A DNA stretch of 64,000 nt from Cyclobacteriaceae bacterium. GTDB taxonomy: Bacteria > Bacteroidota > Bacteroidia > Cytophagales > Cyclobacteriaceae. This document shows, piece by piece, positions 1 through 9,447 of the stretch. The notes below the pieces were generated by a model that was not told the DNA's origin, searched no databases, and saw only the letters and a program-made list of their open reading frames with translations. Location of the stretch: assembly GCA_020832305.1 (NCBI GenBank), contig JAFIEV010000042.1, positions 140,607 through 204,606 of the forward strand. The letters run 5' to 3'. A program made the translations under genes and the position numbers. Each line of letters opens with the position of its first letter. Within the stretch, counting starts at the first letter, position 1.

Positions 1-111
1 CTGTATGGAATATTCTATTATCGGTTTTCCTTTAAAATCCCTTATGTTTTTACCGGGAATGCGCTTGCTCCCTCCCCGGGCAGGTATGATGCAAATAGCG
101 GATGTATTCAT
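1..111 (-). CDS. pseF: Pseudaminic acid cytidylyltransferase (CMP-sugar synthetase family), N-terminal fragment running off the window
   Basis: Not in the ORF track because it is cut by the window edge. The reverse complement of 1-111 reads MNTSAICIIPARGGSKRIPGKNIRDFKGKPIIEYSIQ, which contains the IPARGGSKRIPxKN acylneuraminate cytidylyltransferase N-terminal motif. Its ATG at 111-109 lies 1 nt after the pseC stop (115-113). Confidence 0.6.
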   Translation of the reverse strand, partial: MNTSAICIIPARGGSKRIPGKNIRDFKGKPIIEYSIQ

Positions 112-112
112 A

Positions 113-1357
113 TTATCTTGTATAATAAGACAGTACAGACTCAATTACATAATCCTGCTCAGAAACGCTCAGGGTTGGATACATAGGAAGGCTTAAACAA
201 TGACTGTAATACTTTTCAGCATTAGGGAAATCACCGGCTTGCCAGCCAAACTGTCGGTAATAGGGCATTAAATGAACCGGAATATAGTGAACCTGAGCAA
301 ATATATTTTTACTGCGAAGGTAATTATATAAGCCAATTCGGTCTGTTACTTCAATGATGTATAAATGATAAGCATGACCATCGACAACCCCTGCTTGTCT
401 GCAGATAAACTCCATGCCTTCAAAGGCTCTGTAATATCGAGCAGCAATTTCTCTTCTTTTCTGCAGGTTATCCGCGGCCCGTTTAAGCTGACTGGATGCC
501 AGTGCCGCCTGAAAGTCGGTAAGTCTGTAGTTATATCCCAGCTCCTGCATTTCCATGTACCAACCAGGATAATTTTTACCCATCGAATTAGACGAAGTAA
601 CCAGCCTGTCAGAAATTTCCTCATTCAAAGAACTTTCTTCAAATACACCAAGGGCAATTTCAACCGGATTTTGAAAGCAATTCTGATCTTTGCTTATACC
701 ATGGGTACGCAGATGCAGCATCCTCTCATACAGTTTCTTGTTCCTCGATGTAACCATCCCACCTTCTCCGGCTGCAATATGTTTCACAGGGTGGAATGAA
801 AATATAGCCAGGTCGGCAAAGGTTCCGCTGCCACAATTATGCTGCAAACCATTGGAATCAGTAAAATAACCTCCGGGGGCATGGCATGCATCTTCAAGTA
901 ACCAAAGATCGTATCTGTTAGCGATTTCCCTGAATTCCTCCATGTTTACAGCTCTACCAGCAAAATCTACCGGAATAATACCTTTAATACGGTTTTTCCG
1001 ATTATTCTTTAAAATATCTTCAACTTTTTGAATATCCAACAGCCAGGTTTCAGGATCAATATCGGCAAAAATCACCTCTGCCCCCACATATCTTGCACAA
1101 TTTGCAGTGGCGGCAAAAGTAATGGGCGTAGTTATCACACTGTCACCGGCCTTAAGATCCAGCGCCATACAACACAAATGCAAAGCTGCCGTTCCGTTTG
1201 AAACCGCCACTGCATGATGACTTGATGTGTAGTTAGCAAATGACTGCTCTAAACGGGGTATCTCCGGTCCCTGGGTCAGAAAATCTGACTTTAAAACGCT
1301 TACAACTGCTTCAATGTCTTCGTCACTTATCCACTGTCTGCCATAAGGAATTGCCAT
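113..1357 (-). CDS. pseC: UDP-4-amino-4,6-dideoxy-N-acetyl-beta-L-altrosamine transaminase (DegT/DnrJ/EryC1/StrS family)
   Basis: 414-aa ORF. The N-terminus PYGRQWISDEDIEAV..LKSDFLTQGP and the PLP-lysine region FSFHPVKHIAAGEGG are typical of PseC-type aminotransferases. It lies directly downstream of pseB. Confidence 0.85.
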   Translation of the reverse strand: MAIPYGRQWISDEDIEAVVSVLKSDFLTQGPEIPRLEQSFANYTSSHHAVAVSNGTAALHLCCMALDLKAGDSVITTPITFAATANCARYVGAEVIFADIDPETWLLDIQKVEDILKNNRKNRIKGIIPVDFAGRAVNMEEFREIANRYDLWLLEDACHAPGGYFTDSNGLQHNCGSGTFADLAIFSFHPVKHIAAGEGGMVTSRNKKLYERMLHLRTHGISKDQNCFQNPVEIALGVFEESSLNEEISDRLVTSSNSMGKNYPGWYMEMQELGYNYRLTDFQAALASSQLKRAADNLQKRREIAARYYRAFEGMEFICRQAGVVDGHAYHLYIIEVTDRIGLYNYLRSKNIFAQVHYIPVHLMPYYRQFGWQAGDFPNAEKYYSHCLSLPMYPTLSVSEQDYVIESVLSYYTR

Positions 1358-1367
1358 AATTGTTAAA

Positions 1368-2393
1368 TTAAATGCTAAAATCCGGATCTACATGCTTCTT
1401 AATTTGCTCACGAATTTCCACAACGGAGAGAAAGTGCCCATTATCTCCGGAGTTGTAACTGAAACCCGGCTCCACATACTGAGCTGAAAATGTTTTCTGA
1501 AAAGATTCTACATCCCAAACCGGCACTGATGGCAATATCACGTAATACTTATCAATTTCCAGGGTATTAAACGCATCGGTGGTGGTAATCATTTCTTCGT
1601 GCAGTTTTTCACCTGGCCTGATGCCCACTTCCTCTACACGACAATTGGGATCTATCGCCTCCGCAAGGTCAGTGATGCGATAGGAAGGAATTTTTGGTAC
1701 AAAAATTTCTCCACCCCAGGCATATTCAAGGGCATGAAACACCATTTCAACACCTTCGTCGAGTGAAATATTAAATCTCGTCATCCCTTTATGCGTGATG
1801 GGTAATACTCCTTCTTTTCTCTTTTGCAGAAAGTAGGGAATCACCGATCCCCTTGAGCCTATTACATTACCATATCTTACAACGGAGAACCGAATGTTTC
1901 GCTTTCCTTTCATGTTATTGGCGGCAACAAACAGTTTATCGGAACAAAGCTTGGTAGCGCCATATAAGTTGATGGGTGCCGCGGCTTTGTCGGTTGAAAG
2001 TGCTACCACATGCTGCACACCTGAATCAAGCGCTGCATTGATGACATTCTCCGCCCCCATGATATTGGTTTTTATACATTCCATGGGGTTATATTCTGCA
2101 GCCGGCACCTGCTTTAGGGCCGCAGCATGTACAATTATATCAATACCTTCGCAAGCTCTCTTAAGCCGGGCTTCATCCCTTACATCACCAATGAAGTACC
2201 GTATGCCATCGAATTTAGATTTAGGGAACTGTTCAGACATCTCATATTGCTTGAGTTCATCACGGGAATAGATGACCAATCGACGAATGTCGGGAAAAGC
2301 AGCCAATACCTTTTCGGTAAATTTTTTACCAAAAGACCCTGTTCCTCCTGTTATAAGAATAGATTTATTGCTTAGGTCTATCATTTTTATCAA
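1368..2393 (-). CDS. pseB: UDP-N-acetylglucosamine 4,6-dehydratase (inverting)
   Basis: 341-aa ORF with the ILITGGTGSFGKKF Rossmann motif and the YGATKLCSDK (YxxxK) catalytic motif, as in FlaA1/PseB/CapD short-chain dehydratases. An alternative ATG is at 2384. Confidence 0.9.
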   Translation of the reverse strand: MIKMIDLSNKSILITGGTGSFGKKFTEKVLAAFPDIRRLVIYSRDELKQYEMSEQFPKSKFDGIRYFIGDVRDEARLKRACEGIDIIVHAAALKQVPAAEYNPMECIKTNIMGAENVINAALDSGVQHVVALSTDKAAAPINLYGATKLCSDKLFVAANNMKGKRNIRFSVVRYGNVIGSRGSVIPYFLQKRKEGVLPITHKGMTRFNISLDEGVEMVFHALEYAWGGEIFVPKIPSYRITDLAEAIDPNCRVEEVGIRPGEKLHEEMITTTDAFNTLEIDKYYVILPSVPVWDVESFQKTFSAQYVEPGFSYNSGDNGHFLSVVEIREQIKKHVDPDFSI

Positions 2394-3777
2394 TGCTTAA
2401 TTCGGCATATAAAGAGCCCTTTCGGTATTTATCGGCTATCCTATGCTTACTGTAAAAATCTTCCATAAATTGTGTATATCGCGCCTGCAATACCGGGATG
2501 TTTCTGAGCCGGAATTTCTCGAAAATCCATATAGTTTTTTTAAACTTGGGCAGGCGAATAAATACAATTCTAATGTAAAAATACTTACCCAATTCCATTA
2601 ATACATACATCCAGGCATATTTTAAAGAAAAGCGGGGTTTTGAAGCACTTCCGCCAGGCAATTGTTCCAAAGTTTTTTCAACAAAATATGCCGTTCTGAT
2701 GTGATTAAATCCATCTCCCCAACCGATGGTATCGGTGATTAGTTGCTGCCTTGCCCTTAATTTTTCCTTTTCATCAAAGGCAGCAACTGTGCCTTTGTCA
2801 TAAAATTCTTCTATGGCATTAATTAATTGCTCAGTTGTTTGAAAGACAACAGATCCTTTAAACAATTGGTCTCGGTTAAAATCAGGGTCGGGGTTGAGCA
2901 AAAGCGTAGGCATTTGGTTTTTCATCAACCAGGCCTCCATGGTTGTAGTAGTTTCAAACCCCATCCAGATATCTGATATGCTTATAAGATCGTGCAGGTT
3001 TTCTTCTTCTTTAACATATAATACATTGGGGTAAGAAATCAAAGGGTTCATCTCATTTCGACCTTCAGCCACTATAGACGGATTAGCTTCATTGGGATGC
3101 CGCTTTAGTACAAACAAAATTTCGGGGTACTGCTCCATGGCTTGCCTCAGCATGTTTTCCACCGCGAGCATTTGCCTTTCTGTCCATTGCAACCAGGAAG
3201 CATCACCTTTAAAAAACGAGAGGAGTTCTTCACGCCCCTGTGGATTGCTCAATTTACCAAAAGCCCAACCCGCATAACCAATTACTTTTTTATACTGCTG
3301 GAGGCCTTTTCTTTTAAGAAAATCAGCTCTTTTCTCAAACTGATAAATATTATATCGATCGAAACCCGTGGCACCGGTAAGAACGAGTTTTTCATTGATA
3401 CCTGGCAATTCACTGCGCAGGAAATCACGTGTACGGGCCGACCAGAAACAGACAAATTCCTGATAAAACTTTTTATCGTGGTTGTAGCCCCAGTAATCGA
3501 AGCTACCATCTGTGCGCATATTTCCTTCGGATATCAAGGCAAAGACAGGTATATTTTGTCTTGCGGCATATTGACTTATCTGAAAATAAAGACGGGAGCC
3601 TACCGTATTTGGCAGTAGGACCAGGTCTGGTTTTTTTCGAAATACTGCATAAACATCCCATATAAAGTTAAACTCCACACGACAGTATAAAAATTTTTCC
3701 ATAAAGTAAATAAGTGGAAGCAGCATTTCAACATCTCTCCCACTGTCATTGTCCAGAAAGCACAGTACTTTTTTCAT
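2365..3777 (-). CDS. Unassigned 470-aa protein; possibly a GT-B-like surface carbohydrate biosynthesis protein
   Basis: Long ORF translationally chained between the GT4 gene (ATGA overlap at 3774-3777) and pseB (20-29 nt overlap). It has no signal peptide and no motif I can name. The alternating beta/alpha-like N-terminal half and the pse context suggest a sugar-nucleotide-dependent transferase, but that is inference only. Confidence 0.55.
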   Translation of the reverse strand: MKKVLCFLDNDSGRDVEMLLPLIYFMEKFLYCRVEFNFIWDVYAVFRKKPDLVLLPNTVGSRLYFQISQYAARQNIPVFALISEGNMRTDGSFDYWGYNHDKKFYQEFVCFWSARTRDFLRSELPGINEKLVLTGATGFDRYNIYQFEKRADFLKRKGLQQYKKVIGYAGWAFGKLSNPQGREELLSFFKGDASWLQWTERQMLAVENMLRQAMEQYPEILFVLKRHPNEANPSIVAEGRNEMNPLISYPNVLYVKEEENLHDLISISDIWMGFETTTTMEAWLMKNQMPTLLLNPDPDFNRDQLFKGSVVFQTTEQLINAIEEFYDKGTVAAFDEKEKLRARQQLITDTIGWGDGFNHIRTAYFVEKTLEQLPGGSASKPRFSLKYAWMYVLMELGKYFYIRIVFIRLPKFKKTIWIFEKFRLRNIPVLQARYTQFMEDFYSKHRIADKYRKGSLYAELSIDKNDRPKQ

Positions 3778-5108
3778 TTTTCTTTAATACCTGAAGTAAT
3801 CTCATTTAACCATATTGACAGATTGGCCACCTGGTGCTTTACACTGTATTTTGCCAAATCTGGCCCGGGTACAAATGCTCGTTTCTCTATTTCCTTTTGT
3901 TGTGTAAAAATATTTTTAAGAAAAAACTGCATGCCTTGCAAGTCATTATATTCCAAACACTTTCCGGCCTTTAGTTCCTGGAGCATATTAGCGACATCAC
4001 TTTCTGCCGGACCGAGGCTGAGTATTTCATTGCCTGTGCGGAGATATTCATAAAACTTACCAGGTATACGCCCCTTGGCATTATCGGCCTGGTTGAGCAG
4101 GAGCAAGAGCAAATTGGCAGACATCATACGGTGTATGGCTGTCTTACGCGGCACAAAACCTTCGAAAGTCGTTTCTGCACTTAATTGGTAATGCCCGATT
4201 AATTCCTTTAAGGCATAATGACATTGCCCCTGAAAAACCAATTTAAAATTGCCGGCAAAATCTGGCAATTCCTGTTTAAGCTGCGCCAATGCCTGTAACA
4301 ACTTTACGGGCAGTCGGTCTTCACCCAATACTCCGCTGTGTAATATGGTAAAAACCGGGTTTTGCTCAGGCCTCAGGTCTTTAAAATCTTCCTCGTCATA
4401 ACCATAATACAAGACGTCCACATTTTTAGCGCCGATTTGTTCCAGGTCGGTTTTCCAGGTTGGGCTGGCGATGGTGATTTTTCGGGCAGTTTGAAAACAT
4501 TTCTGTTCCAGTTTTCTGTGCCTGGCATCTGCCCATTTGCCAATTGACAACATTTTATAATAGTCGACCTGTGTCCAGGGATCCTGAAAATCGGCCAGCC
4601 AGGGAATTCCGGTCTTTTGTGCAAGTCTCATGGCAATAACCGTATTGGTATGTGGCGGGCCATCGCTAAGTATGACATCAACCGGATTGTCCTTTAAAAA
4701 TTTCAGGAGGAATTTTACCGATGGCTTTATCCATAGACAGCGGGCATCAGGAATAAAAAAATTGCCCCTTATCCAGATTGAAAAAAGATCAATTATATTT
4801 TTCTTTTTATGACTCAGATAAACAGGATTAGCAGCATCGGCCTTTTTTCTTCCACTCAACCATTTGAAAAGCCTGAATGGTTCATTGATTGGTTGTTTGA
4901 GGACCAGTGTACCAGGTGGTATCTGATGAATATTATCCTTGTCAATTACATCATAATGTGGATTTTGCGGTGCATAGACGATGGGGGTCCAATGGTGATC
5001 CGGAAGGTATTTAACAAATTTCAGGCTGCGGAGTACAGAAACACCGCCGGCTGGTGGCCAGTAGTAGCTTATGATCAATACCTTTTTCTTCGGCAAAACA
5101 TCAGGCAT
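3774..5108 (-). CDS. Glycosyltransferase, family 4 / group 1-like
   Basis: 444-aa ORF. The N-terminus KVLIISYYWPPAGGVSVLRSLKFVKYL is typical of GT-B GT4 enzymes that accompany YfhO genes in Bacteroidota. It overlaps the YfhO stop by 8 nt. Confidence 0.7.
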   Translation of the reverse strand: MPDVLPKKKVLIISYYWPPAGGVSVLRSLKFVKYLPDHHWTPIVYAPQNPHYDVIDKDNIHQIPPGTLVLKQPINEPFRLFKWLSGRKKADAANPVYLSHKKKNIIDLFSIWIRGNFFIPDARCLWIKPSVKFLLKFLKDNPVDVILSDGPPHTNTVIAMRLAQKTGIPWLADFQDPWTQVDYYKMLSIGKWADARHRKLEQKCFQTARKITIASPTWKTDLEQIGAKNVDVLYYGYDEEDFKDLRPEQNPVFTILHSGVLGEDRLPVKLLQALAQLKQELPDFAGNFKLVFQGQCHYALKELIGHYQLSAETTFEGFVPRKTAIHRMMSANLLLLLLNQADNAKGRIPGKFYEYLRTGNEILSLGPAESDVANMLQELKAGKCLEYNDLQGMQFFLKNIFTQQKEIEKRAFVPGPDLAKYSVKHQVANLSIWLNEITSGIKEK

Positions 5109-7530
5109 TTTTATACTTTAAAAAATACACAATTGCCGCTATTGTCAGCAAAAGCAGTAATATGGAAGAAATCATCATGATTGTATTTCCAATGGCATAA
5201 GATGCCGGTGCAAATTGAAACTCGATGCTGTTGGCGCCTGCGGGGAGCTCTACCGCCCTTAGCAAGTAATTTGCCCTGATGATTTCACCCGGCTTTCCAT
5301 TAATAATTACCGACCATCCTTCGGGATAGTATATTTCTGAAAAAACAGCCAGCCCCTTTTCCTGATTTTGGCTGCTGTATTTGATATAATTGGGTTGATA
5401 GCTTTCCAGTGTAATCGAGCCTTTGCCGGAAAGCCGGTTTTGATCTGGGTTAAATTTACTCACATCAACAATTGCAGTTTGGTCGAGATCGGTTTTGCTC
5501 AGTGCATCAATTTCTTCATCCGGATTGTTCACAGCTTTAACATTGTCTACAAACCATGCATTTCCCATGGCATATGGATTTCTGATAACTGATTCTGCTT
5601 CGTCACCGGCAACAAAATATCTTGCATTCAGCATATTTAGTAAAGGTGTGAGACCATCAACAAGTTTGCCTTGTTGCTGTATTATTTCAATCCGCTCTGC
5701 CTCGAGGTATCGTTCAATTATATCCTGATACCGTCGCATTTTAGCCCCGTGATACCCTCCAATGGATTTATGAAAGTAAGAGGTGCGGGCCTCATTAAAA
5801 GGATTTTGCAGACTAAATACCCGGAAGCTTTTATCTTCATCCTGCAGAATTTTTTCATCAGCTGCGGATTTTCTAAACATTTCGCTTTTGCCGCCCTTCA
5901 TATAGCTGTCTGCATTGAGGTAACGTGTGCCCAGAAGGGCAAGGTCGAGAGTTATAAGCAAAGCGGTGGCTATAATTGCCGCATTGAGTTTAATTTTTTC
6001 TGATCGTTGCAGGTACCATACCATTGCGATAGATACGATAAAGAACAAACTACGCAGGGCATCAGAACGCACAATACTGGTTCGGTCTTTTTTTACTGCA
6101 GTATTAAGCCATTCGGGTATTTGCGGATCATTTAATCCAGGCGCATAGGGAAAAAGAAAAATGATCAGAACAATACCTGCAGAAATGCCGCTTGCATATA
6201 AAAACTTTTTTCTGACCAATGGTTGAAATGGTCTGGAGATCAGATTTTCCAGTGCGAGAACTGAAGCCAGCGGAAAGGTAAGCGTGGCAATTGCAACTGT
6301 CATGGTTACTGATCTGAACTTGTTATACCCGGGAAAATAATCAAACATAAAATAGTTAAATGCCTCAAAGTTACTACCCCAGGAAAGCATTACACTCAGA
6401 ACGGTTATGGGTAACAGCCAGAGCAAGACTTTCTTTTCAACAAAAAACAGGGCCAGTACAAACAGAAAGCAAATGCTTGCTCCCAGGTATATGGGTCCGC
6501 TGGTAAAAGGCTGGTCTCCCCAATAACCCAGTGCCCCTCTTTCAAATTGCCGGGCCTGGGCTTGTGCAATTCCATTGGTTCTCAGTGCTTTTGATGTTTC
6601 GGTATTTTTTTTATTGACCTGCCCGCTTGCTCCACCATACAGGTTGGGAACCATATAGGTAAAGGTTTCCATAATTCCCGAGCTCCAGCGAAAAGCATAA
6701 TCCCTGTCAAGTCCGCCTGAACTTCCCTCCTGGTTTGTGCTTAATTCAGACTGCCCTCTTATGGAATACTTGCCATATTCTGCTGTGGACCACAATTTGC
6801 CGGCCGATGTACCCATTGCAAGTACAGCAGCAAGCAGCAGTACTGCCGAGGTGTAGATAAGCTCTTTGGGCTTACCATCTTTAAGCAGGAAAAATGCATT
6901 CACCAGGCCATACACCAGTATTATGAGAAACAGATAATAGGTGATTTGCAGATGATTGGAATTAATTTCCAGGGCCAGTGCAAAAGCAGTAAGCAAAAAA
7001 CCGGGTATATATTTACGCCGAAAGCACAGGTGAACACCGGCAAGCACTGCCGGCATATAGGCCATAGCCCGAACCTTCCAGATATGTCCCGCTTCTATGC
7101 TTATGAGAAAAAATGTACTGAATGCATAAGCTATGGCGCCAGCCAGGGCAAGATAGGGCCGTACTTTAAAAACAAGCAATAATACATAAAATGAAATTAA
7201 GGCTAGAAAGGTCTCCCGCAGTGGTTGATCTAAAAAAAGTGAAAGTACCGACTGCAACTTTTCGATTATGGCGCCGCCACTCCAGTACAGATTGACCAGG
7301 TAAGCAGGCATACCGCTAAACATACCATTGGTCCATAGTCCTTCTTCTCCGGTCTTATCCCTGAATTCAACCAATTCCTGACCGCCGCCAATTCCCTGGA
7401 ATATATCATTTTGCCTTATGACTTTTCCTTCAAAAACGATGGGATGAAAATAAATGATGGTGATGGTAAAAAATACCAGTACAGATATTATGTGAGGTAG
7501 GATTCTCTGCCTAAAGTTGCTGTTATTCAT
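5101..7530 (-). CDS. YfhO family polytopic membrane protein (GT-C-like)
   Basis: 809-aa ORF with many hydrophobic helices, an N-terminus FHPIVFEGKVIRQNDIFQGIGGGQE...GMFSGMPAY, a large C-terminal extracytoplasmic domain and a final TM helix. This is the characteristic YfhO architecture. Confidence 0.8.
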   Translation of the reverse strand: MNNSNFRQRILPHIISVLVFFTITIIYFHPIVFEGKVIRQNDIFQGIGGGQELVEFRDKTGEEGLWTNGMFSGMPAYLVNLYWSGGAIIEKLQSVLSLFLDQPLRETFLALISFYVLLLVFKVRPYLALAGAIAYAFSTFFLISIEAGHIWKVRAMAYMPAVLAGVHLCFRRKYIPGFLLTAFALALEINSNHLQITYYLFLIILVYGLVNAFFLLKDGKPKELIYTSAVLLLAAVLAMGTSAGKLWSTAEYGKYSIRGQSELSTNQEGSSGGLDRDYAFRWSSGIMETFTYMVPNLYGGASGQVNKKNTETSKALRTNGIAQAQARQFERGALGYWGDQPFTSGPIYLGASICFLFVLALFFVEKKVLLWLLPITVLSVMLSWGSNFEAFNYFMFDYFPGYNKFRSVTMTVAIATLTFPLASVLALENLISRPFQPLVRKKFLYASGISAGIVLIIFLFPYAPGLNDPQIPEWLNTAVKKDRTSIVRSDALRSLFFIVSIAMVWYLQRSEKIKLNAAIIATALLITLDLALLGTRYLNADSYMKGGKSEMFRKSAADEKILQDEDKSFRVFSLQNPFNEARTSYFHKSIGGYHGAKMRRYQDIIERYLEAERIEIIQQQGKLVDGLTPLLNMLNARYFVAGDEAESVIRNPYAMGNAWFVDNVKAVNNPDEEIDALSKTDLDQTAIVDVSKFNPDQNRLSGKGSITLESYQPNYIKYSSQNQEKGLAVFSEIYYPEGWSVIINGKPGEIIRANYLLRAVELPAGANSIEFQFAPASYAIGNTIMMISSILLLLLTIAAIVYFLKYKNA

Positions 7531-7650
7531 CAGATTTCCGATTGTAATTAGTTTCTGGTTTCTTTTCAGGAGTCTGCAATATTAAGCTTAGCTGCAAAAT
7601 CGGGTAAACTTAATAATCTACCAGTATGTAAGCAGCGTTAAAAGCAACGA

Positions 7651-7658
7651 CAAATCTA
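7651..7658 (-). promoter_or_regulatory. Candidate Bacteroidetes -7 promoter box (TAGATTTG) for the YfhO-pse operon
   Basis: The plus strand reads CAAATCTA, so the minus strand reads TAGATTTG and matches TAnnTTTG. It lies about 120 nt upstream of the YfhO ATG. A chance match is possible in AT-rich DNA. Confidence 0.3.
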
Positions 7659-7720
7659 AGTAAAAAAAATAAAGCTTGCACAGACCACACGATCCTTTTG
7701 AATCGGTAAACGGGAAATGA

Positions 7721-8695
7721 TTAATACATACCTAAAAATGTGCGTGTAAAATCCAGCGCTCTTACTTCTGCCCAGGTGTATTTTTTCCCGGGATGATAAA
7801 AGCCTACATGACCACCTTGCAGCGGCATTTCAAGAAAAACCATTGGGTTTTTTCTGGCAATATCTACCGGAAAGCAAGCCTCTGGCAACATGGGGTCATT
7901 CAGTGCATTTACAATCAAAACAGGGATTTTAACATTGTGCAAATAATTTTCGGCGCTGGCATGTCTGTAAAAATCAGATGCTGAGGCAAATCCATAGATA
8001 GGTGCGGTAAAACGAGAATCAAAATCGACGAAATGTTCAATCGCATCAATATCTGTCAGATCAAACATATCGGGAAACTGTGCGGCTTTAAGCAAGATTT
8101 TTCCTTTCAATTTTTTTAAAAATCGCTTTCTGTAAAATCCATTCCCCTTTTCAGAAAGTCTCCTGGCACTGGATTCCAGGTTGCATGGGGTGGAAAAAGC
8201 AATCACCCCTTTGATCATAGGACAAATTTTGGCACCCCTTTCGCCAATATATTTAAGGCTCAGGCTCCCTCCCATACTAAACCCGACCAATACGATTTCA
8301 CTATAATCAGGGTATCTTTTAATCACATAGCTTAGCACATCATGAAGATCTTCAGTAGCTCCATGATGATACAATTTGTAACTCTGATTAATTTCACCGC
8401 TGCAACTTCTGCAATTCCATGCCAGCACATCCCATTCATTTTCTGAAAAAATCCTGACCATTCCCTTTACATAATCCCTGTCTGAACTGCCTTCAAGACC
8501 ATGCGAAACCACTACAAGTCGAGAATGGTCATTTTGCACCCAGTCGAGGTCCAGAAAATCATTATCAATTGTAGATATACGCTCCCTACGATACATGATA
8601 TGATCGACGCTGCGAAAAACAGAAGGCACTATGGTCTCAAGATGTGAATTGAAAAGAAGCCAGTGCCGGTTATAAGTTGATTTTACCAAAGGCAT
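7721..8695 (-). CDS. Alpha/beta hydrolase, YheT/ABHD1-3-like
   Basis: 324-aa ORF with the GFSMGGS nucleophile elbow and late Asp/His residues (NDPMLP, QGGHVGF). The size and layout resemble YheT-type hydrolases. Confidence 0.75.
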   Translation of the reverse strand: MPLVKSTYNRHWLLFNSHLETIVPSVFRSVDHIMYRRERISTIDNDFLDLDWVQNDHSRLVVVSHGLEGSSDRDYVKGMVRIFSENEWDVLAWNCRSCSGEINQSYKLYHHGATEDLHDVLSYVIKRYPDYSEIVLVGFSMGGSLSLKYIGERGAKICPMIKGVIAFSTPCNLESSARRLSEKGNGFYRKRFLKKLKGKILLKAAQFPDMFDLTDIDAIEHFVDFDSRFTAPIYGFASASDFYRHASAENYLHNVKIPVLIVNALNDPMLPEACFPVDIARKNPMVFLEMPLQGGHVGFYHPGKKYTWAEVRALDFTRTFLGMY

Positions 8696-8705
8696 AAATA
8701 TGCTG

Positions 8706-9260
8706 TTAACTTGCTCTAACTTTACTCAAAGACATTGCCAGTAACAGGCCGATAAGCGCGCCGGAAAGGTGCGATTCCCAGGAAACACCATATTCCAAAG
8801 GCAATACGCCGTACATCATACCCCCATACAATAAAACCACTATTATCGAAATTATAAGTGATATTATATCTTTTCGGAATATCCCGTAAAAAATTAAAAA
8901 GGAAGCCAGGCCATATATAAGACCACTTGCACCGATGTGAATGCTGAGACGGCCAAATAACCATACCAGTATGTTGGTACCAAAAAAGCACATATAAAAT
9001 ACCCTTTTAGCAATGCGGTGGTAAAAATAAAACAAAGTCCATCCTAAAAACAAAACCGGAATGGTATTGGAAATTAAATGTCCGATATCTCCGTGCAGGA
9101 AAGGAGAAAAAAAGATCCCTGGTAAGCCGTGAAGGGATCTCGGAATAATCCCCAGACTTTTTAATGAAAAAGTAAAATATCCATCCACCACAAAAGTCAG
9201 CCACATGATAAAAACGAAACGGGCCGGCACTAAAATACTCAAATCTTTGGCTTTGCTCAT
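8706..9260 (-). CDS. Rhomboid family intramembrane serine protease
   Basis: 184-aa, six-TM protein with the catalytic Ser motif GASGLIYGL, a His in WESHLSGALIG, and HGDIGHLISN in TM2. Confidence 0.8.
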   Translation of the reverse strand: MSKAKDLSILVPARFVFIMWLTFVVDGYFTFSLKSLGIIPRSLHGLPGIFFSPFLHGDIGHLISNTIPVLFLGWTLFYFYHRIAKRVFYMCFFGTNILVWLFGRLSIHIGASGLIYGLASFLIFYGIFRKDIISLIISIIVVLLYGGMMYGVLPLEYGVSWESHLSGALIGLLLAMSLSKVRAS

Positions 9261-9421
9261 AGTTTCTGATTCGGCTCAAATATAATAAGCCCGTTGAAAA
9301 AAAGGATTAAAATTCATCAGATCTCATTAATGATGATTCACCAGTTGTAAACAGGTAAAACCAGCTAATTAAAAAACATTGTGTTCTTCTGAATAGTTAC
9401 TTTTTTTTGTACATTGCATAA

Positions 9422-9429
9422 TATTTTTG
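9422..9429 (+). promoter_or_regulatory. Candidate -7 promoter box (TATTTTTG)
   Basis: Matches TAnnTTTG 19 nt upstream of the REC-Hpt ATG at 9448. A TTTG lies upstream at 9406-9409, although the spacing is shorter than consensus. Confidence 0.4.
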
Positions 9430-9447
9430 AGCACTTCATAAGATTAC

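Noticed and set aside
5-196. 63-aa plus-strand ORF at the left edge.
   Set aside because: The opposite strand of 1-111 encodes a textbook cytidylyltransferase N-terminus (IPARGGSKRIPGKN) in operon register with pseC, and 113-196 is the pseC C-terminus. The plus-strand ORF is a shadow.
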